Shown: positions 44,573 to 56,500 of the stretch, in pieces
Layout of the letters: the number at the start of each line of letters is the position of its first letter
Numbering within the stretch: position 1 is the stretch's first letter
NCBI GenBank assembly: GCA_965366625.1
Contig: CBDUGP010000024.1
Coordinates: forward strand, 3,767 to 67,766
DNA: 64,000 nucleotides
Source of the DNA: an uncultured bacterium
GTDB taxonomy: Bacteria > Acidobacteriota > Thermoanaerobaculia > Multivoradales > J023
Direction of reading: 5' to 3'
Position numbers and translations under genes: made by a program
Notes under the pieces: generated by a model
What the model was told of the DNA's origin: nothing
The model's database searches: none
What the model saw: only the letters and a program-made list of their open reading frames with translations

Positions 44573-47500
44573 ATGAGACGTTTTTTGAGCCCATCCCAGG
44601 TCGGAATGCTCCCCGGACACCTCAGTGTCGTTTTCTTTTTCTGGCTCCTCGTCTTGGGCTCCGTCCCCGGAACGGCTCAGCTCCGGCAGACGTTCTTCGT
44701 GCCTCTGGATGAAACCCATGTTCGGGACATCGGTTTCGCCATTACTTCCGCTGCGGGTGATACGACCCATGCTGTGATCTCGTTGTCGGCCACGGCGAAC
44801 GGAACCACGGTCTATTACGATCATTGGGAGGACGGCTACGAAGCCGACCTGGAAAATCCGGTCCAGGCTTCGACCGAGACTTTCCTGCTCGACGCCGGCG
44901 GATTCGTCGCCCTTGAAGACGATATCGACGTCAATCCTCGGGATCCCTTGATTATCGAATATGACGGCCGAGACAAGATCGGGGCGACCGAGCAAATCGC
45001 GGTCACCCGGGCCGGCTGGCGTCTTGCGGAATCCACTTTGTTGGCCGGCGCCATCGAGGTTTTCCCGGTCATTGATTGGGGACAATTCTTCGAGTTTCCC
45101 CTCGGCGAGGACATTGTTTCGAGCCAAACCTTCGAATATGTTGCTGCGTCGATCATGGCCGGCGAAACCGGTGCCATCTTCGATATCGACAGCGACGGTG
45201 ACGGCACGGTGGACTCCACCATCACCCTCCTGCCGGGTGAGACGACCCTGGTCACCGGAATCAACACCGGAGGCACGATCGCTTCGTCCGACCCCCTGCA
45301 GGTCAAGCTGCTCACCGGTGATTTGGGCAGCACCTTCGCATCCCGATGGTACGACTTGGTGTCCACGGAGATTTGGGGCTCGAGCTACTACAGCCCTGTT
45401 TCATCGGTGCCCACATCCGAGAACCGGATCTTTCTCTACAACCCGGGCTCCTCGTCGATCACCGTCACCCACGAGACGATCAGCGCAACGGTGACCACAC
45501 GCACCTACGACAACACCACCGCCGGCACGCTCGATGAAACCGTGGCGCCTTGCGGCGCACCGATGGTTCGCACCTTTACGGTGCCAGACACCTTTACCGT
45601 CAATGCCGCTCGGCTCGGCTTCAACGCCACCCATACCTATCGCGGTGACATCCAAGTCACATTGATCTCTCCCGGCGGCACGAGCCGGACCGTGATCGCT
45701 GCCAATGGTGGCGACGGAGACGATAACTATGACGTCTTGCTCGACGGCACCTCAGCCAACCCCCTCGACGACGGCAATGCCGACACGACCGCTGCGCCTT
45801 TTTATGATCGATCCGCGCTGAGTCTCATCGACTTTCCCGGCGAAGCCGCGAATGGTGTCTGGACGTTACAGATTTGCGATTCCTTTGGCGGTGATGCCGG
45901 TACGTTCAACAGAGCCCAACTGCAGCTTGACGAAGCCACGGGTACGACCATCAATACCGGTACTGTGGCAGTGGCAGCGAGCGGCATCACTGAATTCTCG
46001 GTGCCCCTGAACTCGGCGGCCCATTTCTTCACCGCCACGGGCGAGACTTTTTTCGCCACCGCGGCGGTCGATTGGAACGACACCAGCTCCGATTGGGGTT
46101 TCACCCTGCTGCCGGAAGAAGCTCTGGCAACCACTATCGTCACCGGCTGGGCTCCGGGACGCGACCCCGCATCGGGCGTCAATCCGACTGAGAATGGGAG
46201 CCCAATTTGGGTCACAGCCACCGGCGCGACCGATCTTTATGTGGACTACGACGGCGATCCGTCCACCGGCGCTTTGGTGGACTCCAACGGCAATCGCTAC
46301 GACGAACTCGTAGCCATCACCGAGCTGGAATCCGTCAGGCTCTTTGATCCCAACGATACGGACCAGAATCGTGTTCGGGTCTACACCCTGGACCAGACCT
46401 TGATCGCCGCGGCGTGGGGGCAAGACGCGGTCAACGCCAGCGCCGCAGCCCCGGCCATTGATGTTGGCACCACGGTGGTTCCCTTGGACGCCCTGAGGGC
46501 GCTGAAAGAAGGCAGCCTGCTCAACGATGCGGATGGCGACGGTGCCTTAGGTCCGGGCGACACCATGCGCTACACCATCGTCATCAGCAATGTTTCTGAA
46601 GCGGTGGTGACCGGCGCCACGGTAGAAGACTTTGGGCTCGATTCAAATCTGACCTATGTGGCCGATTCCACGGAAATCGACGGCCTCGCCATTGCCGACG
46701 ACGCCATCGGCGTCACGATCTTTCCCCTCGATGAAGGTGGCCAGCCGCTTTCCACCATCGGCATCGGCGAATCCGTCACCGTCACCTTCGCGGTCCAAAT
46801 CGCCGATCCCCTGCCCGTTGGGGTCGAAAGTCTGTTGAATCAAGTCCGCGTTTCCACTTCGACCCAAATCGAGGTCGGCTCAACCCTGACGACGATTCTT
46901 GCCCCCGCTCTGTCGATCACCAAGACCTCGAATGTGGTCGGCGATGTGGTGGCGGGTCAGACCATCGAGTACACGGTCACGGTCAATAACATTTCCGCGG
47001 GTCCTGCCCGGGGCATCAAGATTCTCGACACCCTGCCCGCGGGAACGACCTACAACGCCGAATCCACCGTGGCAACCGGATTTTCGGACGTTTTCTTAGG
47101 CACGGAGACGGTTACCGATGAGCCGGCCGGCGGTATTGCCTTCGACTCCGGATCCAATCCATGCGGCGGCACGCCGGTCACCCGGACCTTTACGGTGGCC
47201 AATTCCTTTACCGTGTCCGACGTGGATCTCGGCTTCAATGCGGATCACACTTACCGCGGCGATATTCAGGCGGTGCTCGAATCACCCGCCGGAACCCGCA
47301 TCACCGTCTTGACCGGTATTGCAGACCCTGACAACAACTACGACATCGTGTTGGACGACGAATCCGTCAACCCACTGGACGACGGAACTCCGGATAATAC
47401 CGCTGCCCCCTTCTACGATCGCGACGTGATACCCAATAACGCCTTGTCCGGCTTCGACGGCGAAACCTCGGTCGGCACCTGGACCCTCGAGATCTGTGAT

Positions 47501-50500
47501 GACGCCGGGGGCGATAGCGGCACCTACAACCGGGCGCAGCTGCGCGTTTCCGGCTCCAATTCCGCCGCGCAGTCCCGTACCAACCAGGCAGCGGCGATTA
47601 ATCCGCTGCTCGATGGCGATCCCACCAACCTGGTGTTGGCACCGGACGGCTTTGGCCTGCTTCCCGGCCAGGTCATGACCACCACCTACCAAGTGACGGT
47701 GGAAGATCCTTTGGCCTTCAGCACCACGGCGATCACCAATACGGCCCGGGTCACCAGCCTGGAGCAGCCCGAACCGCTGACCGCTACGGTGGTCGATCCG
47801 GTGACCGAAGGGGCGGCCATCGGGGATCGAGTTTGGCTCGATGCCGACGGCGACGGTTTCCAAGATGTCGGTGAGACCGGCATCGCCAATGTCACGGTAA
47901 ATCTCTACGATCCGGGCGGTGACGGTGCTCCGGGTGGGGGCGACGACACCCTGATCGGCTCGGTGACCACCGACCTCAACGGCATTTACCTCTTCGACCA
48001 TCTGCCGGCCGGCTCGTACTTCGTCGATGTCGATGGCGCCACCCTTCCACTGGGGCTGACGACCTCACCGGGCACCACGGATCCGAGTTCGGTGATCACC
48101 GTGACGGCAGAGGAAATCCGCCTCGACATCGACTTCGGTTATACCAACGCCGACGGTGGGACCGCGATCGTCGGTGATCGGGTGTGGTCCGACTTCGACG
48201 GCGACGGCATCCAGGATCCCGGCGAGCCGGGCATCGGCGGGGCGACTGTCGAGCTGCTCGACGACACCGGCAGTGTGGTGACCACCGTGATCACCTCCGA
48301 CGATGGCGCTTACCTCTTTACCGGCGTGGCTCCAGGGGAATACCAAGTCCGGATCGCGGCCAGTAACTTCTCAGGCGGCAACGCCCTCGACGGTTATACC
48401 GTCACCACCGGGCCCCAAAGCGAAGGCGCCAATACCAGTGATCCCGTGACCTTGCTCGCCGGCGACGTGCAAACCGACGTCGATTTCGGCTACCAGAACG
48501 TGGCGTCGACCTATTCCATTACCGACGCGGTTTGGCTCGATGTGGACAGCGACGGCGCTTTCGATCCCTCGGAGTCCGGCATTGCCGGCACGACCGTCGA
48601 TCTGCTCGACGCTTCCGGTGATGTGATCGCCACCACCCTCGTGGCCGCCGACGGCTCGTTCTCCTTTGATGGCGTGGAGCCCGGTAGCTACACGGTTTCG
48701 ATCAGCGACAACAGCGGCAAGCTGATCGGCTTGGCCGGCACCACCAGCGCGGGAACGGCTCGCCAACTGGCGGTGACCGTGGTCGCGGCCGATGTCACCG
48801 GCCAAAACTTCGGCTACAACGGCGAGGCCTTGTTGGGAGACCGCATCTGGTCCGACGCCGATGGCGACGGGGTGCAAGACGAAAACGAGGTCGGCCTAGC
48901 GGGTGTGACCGTTGAGCTTCTAGACCGGCTCGGCGCGGTGATTGACACCACCACCACCGACGCCTTTGGCGACTACCTCTTCGACGGCATCTCACCGAAT
49001 CAATACACCGTGCGGGTCGACGCAACGTCGCTGCCGGCGGGCTTCACCCAGACCGGTGATCCGGACGGCACCCTGGACCACCAATCGGCGAGTGTGTTGA
49101 CCATTGGCGATGCGGATTTGGTGCTCGATTTCGGCTATCGGAACACGTCGCTGGCGGACATTTCCGGCAATGTGTTCTCCGATTTCGACCGCGACGGCAT
49201 CGACGACGGCGTGGGCGAGCCCGGTTTCACCGGGGTGTCGTTAGCCCTGCTCGACAGCTCAGGCAACGTGGTCGCCACGGTCAAGACCGACGCCAACGGG
49301 GATTACACCTTTGCCGACCTGCCGGCAGGCAATTACACCGTACAAGTGACCGACGATAGCGGTGTTCTGGCCAACCACGAACTCACCAGTGGTCTCGATT
49401 CCGTGCCCGTGACTCTGGCCGGTACCGACATCACCGATATCGATTTCGGTTACGCCCGTAATTCCGGCACCGGCGCCATCGGAGACTATGTTTGGCTCGA
49501 CGCCGACCGAGACGGCGTCCAAGACGCCGGTGAGAGCGGCCTGTCGGGGGTCGATGTCGACCTCTACGACGTCGGTCCCGACGGCGCGGTCGGCGGCGGT
49601 GACGATGTGCTGATCGCCTCGACCACCACTGACGCCAACGGTGGTTACATCTTCACCGGCATCGCCCCGGGCGCCTACTACGCCGATGTGGACGGCACCA
49701 CCGTTCCCGCCGGCTTGGCGACCACCAGCGGTACCACCGTTCCGTCCGGCATCGTTTTGCTTTCCGAAGGTGAGCTGATCGACGACCTGGACTTCGGTTA
49801 CGGCGGCACCCCCGGCTCGAGCGCCATCGGCGATCGAGTTTGGGCCGACGTCGATGGCGACGGTATCCAAGATCCCGGTGAGATCGGCATCGGTGGCGTG
49901 ACGATCACCGTGGTCGGTCCGTCCGGCACGTTCACCACGACCACGGCCGAAGACGGCTCCTGGCTGGTGACCAGCCTGGCACCCGGCACCTACACCGTGA
50001 CCGTGGATTCCTCGACGTTGGCGAGCGCCTACGACACGGCGCCGACCAACGGACCCGCAAGCCGGGAGTATGAGGTCACCTCGTCCGCCGACGTGCTGAC
50101 CGCCGATTTCGGCTTCGACGGCGCGATCCTCGGCTCCATCGGTGATCTCGTGTTCCTCGACGAAGACGGTGACGGCTCTCAGGGAGTCGGTGAAGCCGGC
50201 ATCGCTGGAGTCACGGTCGACCTGCTGGACTCGGGCGGCAACTTGGTGGCAACCACCACCACGGACGAAAACGGTGCCTACGACTTCATGGGCCTGCCGG
50301 CTGGTGACTACCAAGTCCGGGTGAGTGACGTCGGCCAGGTGCTGACCGGGCTCAACCTGTCCTCGGGCAGCAATCCCACGGCGACGATCAATTTGGCTGC
50401 CGGTCAGGACTATGACGACGCCGACTTCCCCTATGCGCCGTCCTCAGGCTCCGGCAGCATCGGCTCGATCGTATGGAACGACCAGAACGGCGACGGGGAT

Positions 50501-53500
50501 CGGGACGCGGGGGAGCCGGGGCTCGAAGGCGTGACGCTGGCCCTGTGGCACGACATCAACGGCAACGGTGTGATCGAGCCGGGAACCGACAATCTGTTGC
50601 GCTCGACCACCACGGATGAGAACGGCGAATACGAATTCGTCGGACTCTTGCCCGCGGATTACCTGGTCGACGTCACCGATACTTCGGGCGTGCTCACCGG
50701 TTTCACGAAAACCGCCGGCGCCGCCGGGGTCAATGACAATAGCCAAGCAGATCCCTACGCCGTCACGCTGACCACCGGCAGCCCGAGTGACGACACCGCG
50801 GACTTCGGCTACCAAGCCACCACCCCGCGCGCCATCTCGGGCACGGTCTTTGGCGACGACAATTCGGACGCGAGTCAAAACGGTGGGGAAGCGGGAGTCT
50901 CCGGCGTGCCCGTGATCCTCTACTTGGATCTCGACGGTGACGGCGTGATCGATCCCGAAGATCCGCAGATCGCCTCCACCACCAGCGACGGCAGCGGTGA
51001 CTATGCATTCACCGGTCTGCCCGACGGTCGCGACTACATCGTGGCCGTGGAAACCACGGATACGGCCGTCGCGGGTGAGACCCAGACGACCCAAACCGGC
51101 ACCGCCGGCGTGCAACCGGTGACCCTCTCCGGCGCCGACTCCACAGGCAACGATTTCGGCTTTGTGGACTCGGCTCCCGAAGTGGTGAATCCGGCGGTGA
51201 TCGGCGACCGCGTGTGGCTCGACACCGACGGCGACGGCATCCAAGACGTGGGCGAGCCGGGCATTCCGAACGTGGATCTCGAAATCTACGATGTCGGTCT
51301 CGACGGCGTCCCGGGCGGCGGAGACGACGTGCTGGTGGCGACCACGACCACCGGCGCTAACGGCTCCTACAGCTTCGGCGGCCTCGACGCCGGCACTTAC
51401 TTTGTGGACGTGGTCGGAGCGAGCGTGCCGACGGGTCTCAGCACTTCGCCCGGCACCAGCGACCCGAGTTCCGCGGTGACCGTTGCCCTCGGTGATGTGA
51501 TCGATACCGTGGACTTCGGCTACACCACCACCGCCGACGCGGTGGTCGGCAACTACGTGTGGTCCGACGCCGACAATGACGGCCAGCAGGATCCCGGTGA
51601 ATCGGGCATCGGCGGAGTGACCGTCGATTTGCTGTCCGCCGGCCCTGATGGTGTGTTCGGCACCGGTGACGACGTGGTCGAAGCCACCACCACGACCACC
51701 GACGACGGTTGGTATCTCTTCACCGGCGTTACCGCCGGCGAATACCGTGTCGACGTCACGGACACGGGCACGGTGCTCACCGGCTACAGCCTGTCCACCG
51801 GCCCGCAATCTTCCACCGATCCCACGGATCCGTTTACGGTCGCGGCCGGCGACGTCTTCCACGACGCTGATTTCGGCTATCGGAATCCGGGACTCTTCGA
51901 CATCTCCGACCGCCTGTGGCAAGACATCGACGGCGACGGTACCCAGGATCTGGGGGAGTCCGGCCTCGCCGGAGTGACGATCAACTTGCTCGACGATTCC
52001 GGCGATGTGATCGCCACCACTGTCACCGACGCCGCCGGCGATTTCACCTTCCCCGATCTGCCCGACGGCAGCTACACCCTGTCGGTGTCCGACACCGGCG
52101 CCGTGTTGCGGGAATTCGTCGGCACCACGCCCCCGGCCACCGCCGACGCCTTGGCGGTGGTGTTGGCCGGCGCCGACGTTGCGGCGGTGAGCTTCGGTTA
52201 TAACCAACCGGGCATCGTCGGCGACACGGTCTTCTCCGACAGTGACGGTGACGACGTGCAAGACCCCGGCGAGCTGGGCCTCGGCGGAGTGACCGTCGCC
52301 CTTTGGCAGGACGCCGACGGCAACGGCATCTTCGATTCCACCGTCGATACCTTCGTCGGCAACCAAGTCACAGCCGCCGACGGCAGCTACCTCTTCGAAG
52401 GCTTGGGGCAAGGAACGTTCTTCGCCTCGGTCGATCCCAGCCAACCGGCTCTGACCGGTTATTCGGCGACCACTCCCGACCAGGAGGGTGGAGCGAATGC
52501 GGCCGGAGTGCAGGTGGAAGCCACGCTGGCCAATTCCGCGGCGAGCTACTTAGCCGCCGACTTCGGATTCCAAAACACCGCGTTGCCCGACGTGTCCGGC
52601 AACGTTTTTGAAGATCTCGATCGCGACGGCGTCGACGATGGCGCCGGCGAAGCCGGTTTTGCCGGAGTCACCGTGGAGCTGCGCAACGCTTCCGGCACCG
52701 TGGTCGCCACGGCCATCACCGACTCCAGCGGCGACTACACCTTCCCCGACGTCCCCGCCGGCAATTACACCGTGGCGGTGACCGACGGGCATGGCGTGCT
52801 CGACGGATATCTGCTCACCAGCAGCCTCGACGAGGTGCCGGTGGCCGTGGCCGCTTCCGACATCACCGGCATCGACTTCGGTTACGCCCGCGACGCTTCC
52901 ACCGGCTCGATCGGCGATCGGGTGTGGCTCGACAGCGACGGGGACGGTATCCAAGACGGTGCTGAGACCGGTCTCGGCGGTGTGACCGTGGAGCTTTACG
53001 ATCCGGGTCCGGACGGTGCGGTGGGGGGCGGTGACGACGTGCTCGTCGATACCGCGACCACCGACTCCAACGGCAACTATGTCTTCCCGGGGCTCGGTGC
53101 GGCCACCTACTACGCCCAGCTCGATACCTCGACTTTGCCGAATGGCGGCAGTGGTTTGGTGACCACGACCGCGGATCCCACGGCGATCATCGCCCTATCC
53201 GAAGGTGAGAATTACCGCCAAGCCGACTTCGGCATTACCAGCGGACCCACCACCGGCGCGATCGGTGATCGGCTGTGGTTCGATGCCGACGGCGACGGCT
53301 TGCAGGATCCGGGTGAGACGGGAATCGGCGGGGTCGAGGTGGTGCTGACGGGACCCGGTTGTGCGCCGTGTACCGCCACCACCAACGCTGACGGTACGTA
53401 CCTATTTACCGGCCTTGCGGCCGGCGACTACAAAGTGAACTTCAATCCGGCGACCCTGCCGGCGATCTACGATCCCAATCCGACCAACACCACCGGCAAC

Positions 53501-56500
53501 ATCGACGTCGACGGTTTGGCCGGCGGGGATCTGGTCACCAACGCGGACTTCGGCTTCACCGCCGCCGGCGCGGTGGGCTCGATCGGCGATCTGGTCTTCC
53601 TCGACCTCGACGGCGATGGCGTGTTGGACGCCGGCGAGCCGGGCATCGAAGGGGTGACCGTCGACTTGTTGGATGCCGCGGGCACCACGGTCTTGGCCTC
53701 CACGACGACCGACGCCGACGGCAATTACAGCTTCCTCGGTCTCGATGCCGGCACCTTCCAGGTGCGGGTCACCGATACTGCGAGCGTGCTCGTCGGGCTG
53801 AATCTTTCGTCGGGCTCCAATCCCACCGGCGCCATTGGTTTGGCCGCAGGTCAAAACTACGTCAACGCCGACTTTGGTTACGCGCCGTCCGGCGGCACGG
53901 GCTCGATCGGCAATTTGGTATGGCACGACGTCAACGGTGACGGCGATCGCGATGCCGGCGAGTCGGGCATGCAGGGCGTGACTCTGGAGCTGTGGAGCGA
54001 TACCAACGGCAACGGGGTGATCGAACCCGGCATCGACAATTTGGTGCGCACCACCACCACCGACATCAACGGCGAATACGTCTTCAACGGCCTGCCCGAC
54101 GGCGATTACCTGGTGGACGTGACCGACGAGGTCGGCGTGCTCAACGGTTTCACCAAAACCTCGGGCACAGCGGACACGAACAACAACAGCCAAGCCGATC
54201 CTTATGCGGTCACTGTCGGCGGTGGCAGCGTCGAAACCGCCGACTTCGGTTATCAAGCCGGCACCAACTTCGACATCCTCGGCACCGCCTTCTTCGATGT
54301 CGACGGCAACGGCATCGAGGATCCGGTGGACTTCGGGGTCGAAGAGGTGGAGGTCTACCTCTACATCGACTTGGACGGCGACGGCGTGATCGATCCGGAA
54401 GATCCCCGGATCGGCACGACCACCGTAGATTCCAACGGCAACTATCTCTTTGAGGACTTGCCGGACGGCGATTACGTCGTGTCGGTCGACGCCGGCGGCA
54501 CGTTTGTCGACGGTGGGCTGCAAACCACTCAAACCCTGACCAATAGCGTCGAGCCGGTCGTTTTGTCCGGTGCCGACTCGGTGGACAATGATTTCGGATT
54601 CAATCGTCAGGCGACTTTGGCCCTGGTCACCGATTTGAAGGCGTGGTCCTCTGGCGCGGGCACCGTGCTCGAATGGCAAACCGTCGCCGAGGCCGGCACC
54701 GCCGGCTTCCGGGTTTACCGAATCGAAGGTCGACAACCGATTTTGGCCAGCGAGTTCGTGCTGTCGCCGGCCGCGCCCCAGGGCTCGCGTTATCGCGTTA
54801 CCCTTGCCGGCGCCCAAGGTCTCGAGCTGCGGGTATTGTTGGAAGAGCTCGAACGCTCCGGTGTGTCGCGCCTTTACGGTCCGTTCCAGGTGGCGATCGA
54901 AGGTTCTGAGCCGTCCGGCTCCCGTTCGGTCACCAAGACCGGCGAACTCCAAGGACGAGGTTTCGAAGCCGCGCCTTTGGCTCCGGACGCTCGACGGGTC
55001 CAAGCCGGCAAGTCCGCCATCGTTCCGAGCTCGAAGGTGGCCGGCGACCGGCTGCGGGTGATCGTCGATCACGACGACCTCTACGTGATTCCCACGGCCA
55101 CCATCGCCGATGGCCTCGGTCTCGACTTCGGCGAAACCCGCCGGGCCATTGATCAGGCTGGGTTGCGACTGACGCGGGCGGCGGAGACGGAGGTCTCCTA
55201 TCTGCCGGTGGACGAGGGCTTGGCCTTCGTCGGCAGGGCCCTTCGAGACCAGGTCTACACCGACAGGGAAGTCTATTGGCTGGAGATCGGCCCGGGCCGA
55301 CACATGGCTGAAATCGCTGCCGACTCGGCCACGCCTGCGGCTGACGGTAGCCTGCGTCATCACGGTCACTTCGAAGAAGATGTGTTTGCGGCCACCTTCG
55401 TGGCCAGGGACCCGAATCTCGATTATTGGCATTGGCGCGGCTTGATCGCCGGTCACGGCACCTATGGTGTGACCGACTTTTCGCTGGCCTTGCCGGAGCT
55501 GGTTCCGGCTACCGACGCCACGCTCACGGTCCACTTCCGCGGTGCGGGTTATACCGCCGTACCCCAGGAGCATCACGCTCGGTTGAGCCTCGACGGCCAG
55601 CTGGTCGGCGAGACCTATTTCGATGATCTCAACGATCACAGCGCCACTTTTGAGCTGGCTGCGGGTGTTTTGACCGACGGAGCCACCCTGCGGGTTGAAG
55701 CTTTGTTGGACACCGGCGCGCCGAGCAGCTTCTTCTATGTCGACTCCTACGAGCTCGACTTCGAGCATCGCACCCGGGCTTCGGACGAGCGCTTCGAGGG
55801 CAGCTTTGGCGACACGGCGGAGGTCACGGTGGAGGGCTTCAGCGCTTCCGACCTGTTGGTGCTCGACACCACGGATCCAGAAGATCCGGCGAAGATCCAA
55901 AACGCTTGGATCGATGCCAATCGTTCGACGGTGTGGGCCACTTTCGGGCGCCCGGTAGGAGCCCAATCGTTCCGAGTCCAGAGCCTGGCCTCGGCGGCCA
56001 CGCCGGAGGTGATCCCGAGCTTCCGGTCGACCCTATTGGATCGATCCAACGCCGGGGCCTACCTGGTGATCGCTCCGGAAAGGCTCATGCAACCGGCCCA
56101 GCGATTGGCGGATCTGCGCCTCGCGGACTTCGGTTCCAGCCGAGCGGTATCGCTGCAAGAGATCATGGACGAGCTGGCGGGCGGACGATTCCACCCGCCG
56201 GCCATCGGTGACTTCTTGGCCTACGCCAAGGCCGAGTGGTCCGTGCCACCCACCCACGTGGCGCTGTTGGGACGAGGCAGCTTCGACTATCGAGATCTTC
56301 AAGGGCAAGCGGCCGATCCGCTACCGCCGTTGATGACCAGCACGCCTTACGGCCTCTACTCCTCGGACGGCGGCTACGCCGATGTCGACGGAGACGGTCG
56401 TCCCGATGTGGCTTTGGGCCGCATCCCGGCGGCCACGGCCGAAGAAGCGGACGCCTACATCGATCAAGTGATCGCTTACGAAGCCTCCTTCGGCTTGTGG